In this document: positions 26,128 to 34,290 of the stretch, piece by piece
How the letters are laid out: every line of letters begins with the position of its first letter
Position numbering within the stretch: the first letter of the stretch is position 1
NCBI GenBank assembly: GCA_963997395.1
Contig: CAXEMW010000002.1
Span: 1-35,358 of the forward strand
Length of the DNA: 35,358 bases
Reading direction: 5' to 3'
Source of the DNA: an uncultured Planctomycetaceae bacterium
Lineage (GTDB): Bacteria; Planctomycetota; Planctomycetia; Pirellulales; UBA1268
Position numbers and translations under genes: made by a program
The notes under the pieces: generated by a model
Told to the model about the DNA's origin: nothing
Seen by the model: the letters and a program-made list of their open reading frames with translations, nothing else
Database searches by the model: none

Positions 26128-28571
26128 CGATTCCTGAACAGGGGACTTGTAACAACGTGGTGGATAAGACTTCGGAGAGGATATCCGTCGCTTTGTGTCG
26201 CAGAAAGAATGCGTTCGACTTCATCACGATCAGAAAATTCAATGTCACCACCCGTCGCGAAAATGATCAATTGTGAGAGAGTATTTCGTGCAATTTGTTT
26301 AGTTGATTCACGAAGTAATTTTCGATAGTCACGAATGTTTTGGAAAACATCGCCCTCGACTGTGACCCCAGACGTGTTTACACGCGGGCCTGAGTTGTAA
26401 CCCACTCGCTTTAACCGTAATCCAGGTTGAAGACTTTGTTTCATATTTTTACCAATGCGATAGTGCTGCCGGTACGTACCAACCGGATCGAAGCCTTCCA
26501 TTGCGAAACCTGGTGGATCGATATGCTGATGACACCTAGCACATGTTTCAACCGACTGATGCTTCAAAAGCATCTGACGAATTGTGGTAGTGCCTCGTGT
26601 ATCTGGTTCAATTGTGGCAATGTCTGGCGGTGGTGGATTCGGTGGAAGACCCAGCACATGCGTAAGGATAAAATTGCCACGTTTGACGGGCGTTGTGACA
26701 CTCCCATTTGCAGTTACTTTTGCAATTGAGGCATGTCCAAGAATACCGCCTCGTGGACTTGATGCGTCCAAGGAGACTCTCCTCATCGTTTCACCGAATA
26801 CGCCTTTGATGTCATAGTGTTCAGCAAGACGGCGGTTCAGGAATGTAAAGTCGGAGTCAATCAGGTTATGGATTGGCAGATTTTCTTTCAGCAGATACGA
26901 GAAAAACTCTCGTGTCTCAGCAAGCATTGCTCGACGTAAGACATCATCATATTCAGGGTACAGTTTTAGATCAGGTGTCGTTGCATCAATCTGATCGAGT
27001 TCGAAACACTGATCGGTAAAATCATGAATAAAAAGTTGACTTTTTTTATCAGCCAAGAGTCGATCGACCTGAGTAGACAGCGTGTTGGATTCAGAAAGCC
27101 TTCCCTCGCTCGCTAATAGAAGTAACTCTTCGTCAGGAGGGCTTCGCCAGAGAAAATATGAAAGTCGAGAGGCAAGCGCATGGTCGGTTAGCTTCGATTT
27201 ATTTTTCTGCAAATCGTTCGTCAGAAAGAGCGTATGTGGAGAAATGAGGATCGCTGTTAATGGAATGCGAGCGCTGGCAATAAACCCACGCCGGGCTTCG
27301 AGGCTCGGGATAGCGAGATTGGCCAGCTCCGTTATTTCTTTCTTAGTGACTGGTCTCCGGAAGGCTCTGGGCGCAAGCGCTGCCACAGCGTCACGAATAT
27401 GTTGGTAATGAGATTTTGTTGTAACGGGTCTGTACGATCTTCTATTTACAGTCCGTTCCCATTCAACACCTGGGAACAGGGATCGTGTTCGGCGTGGAGG
27501 CCACGTAGTTTCCAGCGGACCTTCAACAAGCACCTCATGAACCCGAACGCCCTCTCCTTTGAACTCACTTGCAGGTTGAGAGTTGTAAATGACTTTGCCA
27601 TCAGGTGCCGGTTCAAGTTCATCAGCACTGACATAAAAGTAATCATCTGGCCGGAAATAGTGAATCGTTGAAACAGTTCGCATTTTCTCTGTCACATCCC
27701 ATGCGGCAAAGAGTTCACTACTGCCCTGAATATCATTCTGACGCTTGAGGCTCATGGTTACCGACGAGCGCGGCTGATACGCGGAGCCGGTCACCGTAAT
27801 CCGGTATCGTCCGGGAGTAGAAAATCGTAGGCCGTTTGCATCCGAGCGTAGGTTGTAGTTTTCACCACGGAACATGATGAGATCATCATTGTCTCGGAAG
27901 ACAGTGCCACCGCCACGGCGGACAGGTCGTTCAAACCACATTTGCATATATCGTGAGTTTGCATAATCAAGCTCACGTTTCATGTTTGGTTTTGGGCCTA
28001 ACTCAATTGCTTCATCAAGAGCGGCTTCGGCTGCTTTGAGAAAACCTTTCACGTGGACGTGGGACATTTCCTGATTCGCCGCCACGACATCAAACGCTCC
28101 TGACTCATCTTCTGGTGGGAGATATTTTGCAATCTCACCACCTATGCCCAGAAGATCATGGAGCGTATGTTCGTACTCACGTCGTGACAGCCGCCTTGAG
28201 GGCACTCTTCCATTCTGTTTTCGTGCCTGTTTATTTATTTGTGAAAGTTCTTTTTTAAGTGTCGATAATGCGGCATGCCTCGCCTCATCACTTGGCATGA
28301 AAGAATCTGGTGGAGGCATTTCTCGACGCTGAATACGATCGAATATGAGTACCCATTGCTGGAACGCTTCCGGTGACGTGTCCGGTTTATCGATGGCGTT
28401 CAAGTTCAAATGTGTCTCTGTCTCTGCATCATGACACGAGATACAGGCTGTCTGAACCAGATTTTCAACTGCATGAAAATCATTTTCCGCATGTACACAC
28501 GGCATGTTAGTAGCAAGCAGATACGCCCATGCGACGAAATACTTTCGGAGAAGATATCGAAATAGTCTCAT
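26124..28571 (-). CDS. DUF1587/DUF1592/DUF1595/DUF1588/DUF1585-type protein with two CxxCH motifs
   Basis: 815 aa with a signal peptide. The N-terminal motif is CISCH (28431-28445). The DUF1588-like block is GGILGHASIAKV...TPVKRGNFILTHVLGLPPNPPPPDI. The DUF1585-like C-terminus is CARCHQHIDPPGFAMEGFDPVG. There are ATGA overlaps at both ends. Confidence 0.9.
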   Translation of the reverse strand: MRLFRYLLRKYFVAWAYLLATNMPCVHAENDFHAVENLVQTACISCHDAETETHLNLNAIDKPDTSPEAFQQWVLIFDRIQRREMPPPDSFMPSDEARHAALSTLKKELSQINKQARKQNGRVPSRRLSRREYEHTLHDLLGIGGEIAKYLPPEDESGAFDVVAANQEMSHVHVKGFLKAAEAALDEAIELGPKPNMKRELDYANSRYMQMWFERPVRRGGGTVFRDNDDLIMFRGENYNLRSDANGLRFSTPGRYRITVTGSAYQPRSSVTMSLKRQNDIQGSSELFAAWDVTEKMRTVSTIHYFRPDDYFYVSADELEPAPDGKVIYNSQPASEFKGEGVRVHEVLVEGPLETTWPPRRTRSLFPGVEWERTVNRRSYRPVTTKSHYQHIRDAVAALAPRAFRRPVTKKEITELANLAIPSLEARRGFIASARIPLTAILISPHTLFLTNDLQKNKSKLTDHALASRLSYFLWRSPPDEELLLLASEGRLSESNTLSTQVDRLLADKKSQLFIHDFTDQCFELDQIDATTPDLKLYPEYDDVLRRAMLAETREFFSYLLKENLPIHNLIDSDFTFLNRRLAEHYDIKGVFGETMRRVSLDASSPRGGILGHASIAKVTANGSVTTPVKRGNFILTHVLGLPPNPPPPDIATIEPDTRGTTTIRQMLLKHQSVETCARCHQHIDPPGFAMEGFDPVGTYRQHYRIGKNMKQSLQPGLRLKRVGYNSGPRVNTSGVTVEGDVFQNIRDYRKLLRESTKQIARNTLSQLIIFATGGDIEFSDRDEVERILSATQSDGYPLRSLIHHVVTSPLFRNR

Positions 28572-31078
28572 TGGTTTGTCGCTGGAATAGCCTTTGAGGA
28601 CTCGACAAATGCCAAAAGGTCGAGAATATCTTCAGCTGTAAAGGTATCGAGTAATCCACTCGGCATGCTGGAAACGTCAGCAACCTTTCGTTCCTCAATC
28701 GCTGACTTTTGAATTCGCTCAATGTTCTCCGGTCGAAGCAGGTTCTGTACGATCTCTACATGGTCCGGTGTTTCATTGACCACTAAGCCTGTTAGGAGAC
28801 GACCATCATCAACAAGGATCATCTGTGTTTTAAAATCCTTATGAATCTCTTGAGACGGATTCACAAGCTGCAAGAGAAGCTTGCTGCCCTGAAAGCGTTT
28901 TGAAACTGCTGTTAGGTCCGGGCCGTATTTTGCACCCTTTCCTTCAATCGAATGGCATCGGCTACAGGCTGCCTGTTCGAAAACGTACCGGCCATTGTCG
29001 AGAGATCGATTCTCTAAATGATTTGCCTGTGTAATCAGCTCTCGATAATTCTGCTTCCATTTTTTTACAAACTTTCTGGTTGGAATAGCATCCGGCTCGG
29101 TACTCCCGACGTGTTCTAGAATACGAATAAACATTTGGCCATCACGGCTTCGCTTTGGATTCTGGCGTCGGAACTGTTGCCACAACTTGTTCACCTGTTG
29201 TCGTTGCGATGAACTGAGTTCAGTCATCCGTGCATCAACATATTCTTGATGATTTTTTCCGTGGTAGGCAGCTGGTAATGGAGATTGACCAATTTTTTGA
29301 AACAGGCCCTGATTCGGAGGCCTACGTTTTGGTACCACAGCAAGATTACCCACATCATGATTCCCGTCGTATGTTTTCGCGATGAGCTGCGTGCCACCAT
29401 GTGTTGGCAGCGTGTCAGGTAACGAAATACAGATCACAGCCCCAACGCCTCGTTCCATATGACGGGCTGGTCCAGATGTACTGGTCCAGACTTTTCCGTC
29501 ATCATCAAATTCAATTTCACGTGTGTATGAGACGCGGGTTGGTAAACGGAACTCAACAAGTGTTTCAGTGACGGGGTCAAACCTGTTGATTGTGTCGTTT
29601 CCAGTACCACAGACCCAGACAATGCCGTCCTTATCGATATTTAATGCATACGGAATCTGGTTTTCAGCATCAGGCAATTCGTAGACAGTCCAGCGTTCGG
29701 TCGTGGGATCAAACTTTCCAAATACACCCGATCCAAAGCCAGGAACCCAGACCATGCCATCAGGTGCTACATGAAGCCGACGTGGTCCACGAAAAGGCGG
29801 GTTCCACTCTTTGATCGCGCCATCATCGACCGACGGGTCAATTCGTCCAATCCGGTTGCCATTGAGCTTGGAATACCAGATCATTCCATCGACGGGAGAA
29901 AAATCGATGCCATAGGGGGTAATGCCTCGTGACTCACCACGACCAGCGGCAGTCGCCTGACCAGCATCAAGGAGTTTGTATTCTTTGACGACGTGTGTTG
30001 TTGGATGAATCGAAAAACATGAATTGGAGCCGGCATCGGTGTACCAAATCAATCCTTCAGGATCACTCGGATTTATTCGTAATGTATGTGGGTAATTCCC
30101 ACGTGTCTTTGGTGCCTCCGCACTGCTGTAGGTTTCAAATTGCTCTGTATTGAAATCAAAGCGAACCATCTTGCCACTTGCGCACATGGTCGTCCATAAG
30201 CTTCCATCATTAGCTGTTTCAATTGAATGAGGGCCGTATGCTCCTTTCGGATATTTGTACGTTGTTTGCTCACCCGATTCGGTATCAAGTGCAATCAACT
30301 TTCCATTTTGAATGTTGACCGCATAGACTCTTCCATCACGGCCAAGTTCCAGATCATGAAACGATCCTTGGAGCAGTTCATCCATTTCCCACATTGTGAT
30401 TGTGGCAGCAGCAGCAAGCCCTGTTGGAGCTGGTGGTGGCACAAAAGTTGGCCATTGTTTGACGGCGTCTCCTTTGTACGTTTCCATCAGTCGAGGAATG
30501 ATGGTTTCTTTTGTATGTGGAAACAGCCCACCGAATCCATCCATCCGTCGCAGCATGGTCTCCCAGTCAACAGGCTCTTCTGGAGTTCGAAAACCCACGG
30601 TTCCAACTTGATGGCAGTAGGAACACATCATTTTGAAATTGAGCTTGGCATGTGAATCCTCAAAATCCAACATGCTGAAGGCACTGTTTGCCGGTCGCTG
30701 TAATTCGAGCTCTTCACCAACTGCTGGGCGTGTCTGGATGTGAAGATTATCTGTGTTCGCAGACACGCTGCTCAGCCAGGTATCTGCGAGCCCCATGAGG
30801 CGAGTACGGAGCCGATACGTACAGTCTCTAAGCCCATCAATAGTGAAAGAGCCATCTGGTTTGGTGAATACAGATGTCCATTTTCGATGCTCAGTGTCAA
30901 TTGCTGAAACCATGACACCTCCAACGGGCATGTTCTTTTCATTGACGACAGTCCCTTGAATCGTTGCTGCTTGGCTGAAAGCGCAACTGAGCAGTACTGT
31001 AAGACTAGAGCACAATAGAACCACACTTTTTTTCATGGCATCTTTCCCACCAAGGCAAAAAACTTGTTTGGTTTTCAT
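28568..31078 (-). CDS. Multidomain exported protein: CarboxypepD_reg-like domain, CxxCH site, Vgb/NHL-like beta-propeller, 64-aa shared module, Pirellula-type C-terminal haem-binding domain
   Basis: GAGAGGA lies upstream of ATG 31078, with an alternative ATG at 31036. The N-terminal domain reads IQGTVVNEKNMPVGGVMVSAIDTE...DGSFTIDGL, followed by CSYCHQ. Propeller blades include GMIWYSKLNGNRIGRIDP, GMVWVPGFGSGVFGKFDP and GIVWVCGTGNDTINRFDP. The C-terminus reads CSRCHSIEGKGAKYGPDLT...SSMPSGLLDTFTAEDILDLLAFVES. Confidence 0.85.
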   Translation of the reverse strand: MKTKQVFCLGGKDAMKKSVVLLCSSLTVLLSCAFSQAATIQGTVVNEKNMPVGGVMVSAIDTEHRKWTSVFTKPDGSFTIDGLRDCTYRLRTRLMGLADTWLSSVSANTDNLHIQTRPAVGEELELQRPANSAFSMLDFEDSHAKLNFKMMCSYCHQVGTVGFRTPEEPVDWETMLRRMDGFGGLFPHTKETIIPRLMETYKGDAVKQWPTFVPPPAPTGLAAAATITMWEMDELLQGSFHDLELGRDGRVYAVNIQNGKLIALDTESGEQTTYKYPKGAYGPHSIETANDGSLWTTMCASGKMVRFDFNTEQFETYSSAEAPKTRGNYPHTLRINPSDPEGLIWYTDAGSNSCFSIHPTTHVVKEYKLLDAGQATAAGRGESRGITPYGIDFSPVDGMIWYSKLNGNRIGRIDPSVDDGAIKEWNPPFRGPRRLHVAPDGMVWVPGFGSGVFGKFDPTTERWTVYELPDAENQIPYALNIDKDGIVWVCGTGNDTINRFDPVTETLVEFRLPTRVSYTREIEFDDDGKVWTSTSGPARHMERGVGAVICISLPDTLPTHGGTQLIAKTYDGNHDVGNLAVVPKRRPPNQGLFQKIGQSPLPAAYHGKNHQEYVDARMTELSSSQRQQVNKLWQQFRRQNPKRSRDGQMFIRILEHVGSTEPDAIPTRKFVKKWKQNYRELITQANHLENRSLDNGRYVFEQAACSRCHSIEGKGAKYGPDLTAVSKRFQGSKLLLQLVNPSQEIHKDFKTQMILVDDGRLLTGLVVNETPDHVEIVQNLLRPENIERIQKSAIEERKVADVSSMPSGLLDTFTAEDILDLLAFVESSKAIPATNQ

Positions 31079-31106
31079 AGTATCCTCTCACAATCAGATA
31101 GTTCAC

Positions 31107-34100
31107 TTAGTTGTTTTTGGTTTCACCAATGCAGTACAGATACTGCCGGCCCCGCAAATAAAGGCAGTCGCCTACTGGTACAGGTGAGGCATTGAATTCA
31201 TCATCAAGCGTGTTCGTAGCAACAACATTCAATTCATTTGTGTGTTTGAGTACGACGATAGAACCAGTTCGGCCGGCAAAATAAACATGGCCGTTGGCAC
31301 CAACAGGAGACGCATAGATATTTTGAATATCAGGCAGGCGTGTTCGTTCGATGATTGCTTCACCAGTGGTGACATTCAAAGCAGTAAGAATTCCCTTGTT
31401 GGATTGAGTGAAATACAACTGGTCATCAAATAGGAGTGGAGATGGAATGTATGGAGTTCCTTTGTCCCCTGACCAAACAACTGCAGAACTTCCAGAAACA
31501 TCACCCTTCGAATCGAGTTTTAAAGCCATGACAGAGTGGCCCTCATAGCCGCTCATGCAGATGACCATGTCGTTATAGATGACTGGTGAAGGCGTAACGT
31601 TGCCGGTCAATCCACTGCATTGCCAAATGACCTCTCCGGTATCAAGGTCGTAGCTGCGAATGAAATTTGAAGCTGCTGTGATAACCTGCGTTCGTTCACC
31701 ATCTTTTGTAAAGATTTGAGGTGTTGCCCATGCGTTTTTCTCATCGCGAGTACGTTTCCAGACGGTTTGACCGGTGGCAGCTTCAAGGACCTCTATCGAT
31801 GATTGGCCAGAATGATCACGGACGATAATAATTCGTCCATGATGAAGGACAGGAGAGCATCCTTCACCGAGGCTGGCTCCGACGCGAACTTCTCCAAGGT
31901 CCCGTTTCCAGAGCAATGTTCCATCAAGGCTGTAGCAGTACATTCCTGCAGAACCAAACCAGCAGTACAGTCGCTCTCCATCAGTCACCGGTGATGCACA
32001 GGCAAAGTCGGCATGGTGATGAGTGCCTTCATGGGGAACTTTTTCAGTTGCAGTTTGTTGCCAGAGTTTTTTTCCAGTGAACCGGTTCAAACAAAGAACT
32101 TCAAACCGAAAAACAGTATTCGGGAATGTGATGCCAAAAACCCGCTCAGGCTGTTCTTCTGGAGGTGGCAGGCTTGGATCAACAACTTTGGTATCAACGG
32201 CTGTCAGAACAAATATCTTGTCATCCCACACAATGGGAGAAGCGTTACCTTGTCCTTCAATCGGTACTTTCCAGCGGATGTTGTTTTCTTCACTCCATGT
32301 GACAGGAGGTGAAGCAGTTGCACTCATGCCAGTGGCTTCTGGCCCTCGCCACTGATGCCAGAAGCGTTCTGTTTTCTCAAGAAAAGCTTTTTGTTCGCGA
32401 GGGAATTGGTAATTGCTGTCTGCAAACGTGTCATTTCTTGTCAGCGTATCTTCACTTTTTTGCTGTTTTCCTGATGACTGGACGTAATCCAATATTTTGA
32501 CAAAGAGCTGTCCTTTATTGACACCCTCATTCTGTTCGGTGCTGGCCTTTTTCCAAAGTTCTCCCAGACGTGTTCGTTGCTTCGGTGACAATTTTTTCAT
32601 TCGTTCATCAACGTAGGATTGATGATTTGAGCCACGGTAGCCACGAGGAATCGGGCGTTGCGATATCTTCTTGAGAATGTCTTGAGATGATGATTGAACA
32701 CGCTGACCTTTCTCAGGATTCTGTTTCGCTTTTCCCTGTTTGTTTTCTGTCCCAGTTTGAGCAGACCAGTCAGGTGCATCGGCCATAATATCCTTGTAGA
32801 GCGCCAGCAGCTTTTTCTTGAGACGCTCAGTGACTTTCGGACGTTGCTTTGAGATGTCCTTCTTTTGTTGCGGATCAGTTTTTAAGTCGTACAGTGCGAA
32901 CCGGCTAAACCCGCCTGCCTTGATCGTTGGAATCCACGCTTCCTGGAAAGTCCGTGCACGAACGAACTCACTCTTCAGCCGGTTGTATTCGGGGCTGGAG
33001 AAGGTGGTGTTGGTGACGCGGGAACCCAGGTTGGGCGCCCGCGGATTGATGCCCGCCAATCTGGCCAGCTTCTGCTGCAATTCATTTTTCTTGGCATTAT
33101 TCGCTGGCAATTTGTAATCAGAGTAACCCATCAGCGTGTAATCCCCTTCACGCAAGGTAGCGAGATGACCCGATGACGGTGAAAGCCACAACAGGGGTTG
33201 CGATCGATTCAAGTCACCTTTCTCGATGAGCAACGGTGAAAGGTCAGCGCCATCAAGGTGCACGCCTTTGGGTTTATCGATACCGGTCAGGCCGCAAATC
33301 GTTGGCAGTAAATCAACCGAGCCTGAAGGTGTGTCTTCAGTACGACCGCCTCGAAAACCATTCGGCCAGAAGAAAATACCAGGAGAGCGTAATCCACCTT
33401 CAAATTTCGATCCTTTGGCACCAGTCAATCCACCATTTCGATCAGCCCGATAACTTCCGTGGTCTGAGGAGTAAATAATTAAGGTGTTGTCCAGCTTGCC
33501 TGTTTCTTTGAGCTTTGCAACGAGTCGTCCAATGGCTCGATCGGTGTTATCGACTGTGGCCGAATAGATTGCGGCTTCATCCTTGAGATCGCCGTAGATC
33601 GAGGTGATCTCATCAGGCGCCGCCAGTTTGGAGTGAGGCTCATTAAACCACATGTTCATGAAGAACGGTTGATCTGGATTCTTCTTCTCGTCTAACCAGC
33701 GGATCGCATCGTCCACGATCAACTGACACGAATAGCCTTTTAGCGGTCCGACTCGTTTGCCGTTGCGCATAAAGTTCGTAGGATCCTTATGGCTTGGGTT
33801 GGCTCCGTTCGAGAGCCCGAACCAGTAGTCAAAACCGTGCTGCTGAAGCGTAGGTTTTTTTCGTTTGCCTGAGGTCATCCCGACGTGCCACTTGCCGAAG
33901 TGGGCCGTTCCATAACCAGCCTGTTGCAACACTTCTGCGATCGTCACTTCGCGTTCCAGCAGATGCATGTCGTGCATGTGATCCTGCAGAACGCTGTAAA
34001 TACCAGTGCGGAGATTCTGCCTTCCGGTAAGGAGAGTCGCCCGCGATGGCGAGCAGACTGCTGCCCCGGCGTGAAAGTCGGTGAACTTGACCCCACGCGC

Positions 34101-34274
34101 TGCCAGGTTGTCGAGCACTGGTGTTTTGACTGGCCCGCCATAACAGCCGAGATCCTTTGATCCAAGATCATCGGCCAGCAGAATGACGACGTTGGGCTTG
34201 GATTGCTTTTCTTCAGCTGAAGCAAACGCAGCGAGCATCGAGAAGCATAAAAAAAATGTGAGGATAGGTTTCAT
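31107..34274 (-). CDS. Fusion protein: N-terminal formylglycine-type sulfatase, 64-aa shared module and C-terminal PQQ-like (BamB-like) beta-propeller
   Basis: ATG 34274 gives signal peptide MKPILTFFLCFSMLAAFASA. Sulfatase blocks are NVVILLADDLGSKDLGCYGG, CSPSRATLLTGR, HFGKWH, SSDHGS and FEGGLRSPGIFFWP. The C-terminal half starts WHQWRGPEATG...IRWKVPIEGQGNASPIVWDDKIFVLTA, typical of planctomycete PQQ-like propeller proteins. Confidence 0.85.
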   Translation of the reverse strand: MKPILTFFLCFSMLAAFASAEEKQSKPNVVILLADDLGSKDLGCYGGPVKTPVLDNLAARGVKFTDFHAGAAVCSPSRATLLTGRQNLRTGIYSVLQDHMHDMHLLEREVTIAEVLQQAGYGTAHFGKWHVGMTSGKRKKPTLQQHGFDYWFGLSNGANPSHKDPTNFMRNGKRVGPLKGYSCQLIVDDAIRWLDEKKNPDQPFFMNMWFNEPHSKLAAPDEITSIYGDLKDEAAIYSATVDNTDRAIGRLVAKLKETGKLDNTLIIYSSDHGSYRADRNGGLTGAKGSKFEGGLRSPGIFFWPNGFRGGRTEDTPSGSVDLLPTICGLTGIDKPKGVHLDGADLSPLLIEKGDLNRSQPLLWLSPSSGHLATLREGDYTLMGYSDYKLPANNAKKNELQQKLARLAGINPRAPNLGSRVTNTTFSSPEYNRLKSEFVRARTFQEAWIPTIKAGGFSRFALYDLKTDPQQKKDISKQRPKVTERLKKKLLALYKDIMADAPDWSAQTGTENKQGKAKQNPEKGQRVQSSSQDILKKISQRPIPRGYRGSNHQSYVDERMKKLSPKQRTRLGELWKKASTEQNEGVNKGQLFVKILDYVQSSGKQQKSEDTLTRNDTFADSNYQFPREQKAFLEKTERFWHQWRGPEATGMSATASPPVTWSEENNIRWKVPIEGQGNASPIVWDDKIFVLTAVDTKVVDPSLPPPEEQPERVFGITFPNTVFRFEVLCLNRFTGKKLWQQTATEKVPHEGTHHHADFACASPVTDGERLYCWFGSAGMYCYSLDGTLLWKRDLGEVRVGASLGEGCSPVLHHGRIIIVRDHSGQSSIEVLEAATGQTVWKRTRDEKNAWATPQIFTKDGERTQVITAASNFIRSYDLDTGEVIWQCSGLTGNVTPSPVIYNDMVICMSGYEGHSVMALKLDSKGDVSGSSAVVWSGDKGTPYIPSPLLFDDQLYFTQSNKGILTALNVTTGEAIIERTRLPDIQNIYASPVGANGHVYFAGRTGSIVVLKHTNELNVVATNTLDDEFNASPVPVGDCLYLRGRQYLYCIGETKNN

Positions 34275-34290
34275 GATATGTGTTCTCTTC

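Noticed and set aside
34249-34256. A8 homopolymer (T8 on the coding strand) inside the signal-peptide codons of the sulfatase-propeller fusion, considered as a slipped-strand phase-variation site. A similar A7 lies right after the alternative ATG at 31036.
   Set aside because: The runs are short for phase variation and are explained by Phe/Leu/Lys codons in signal peptides. Nothing in the sequence itself shows variability.
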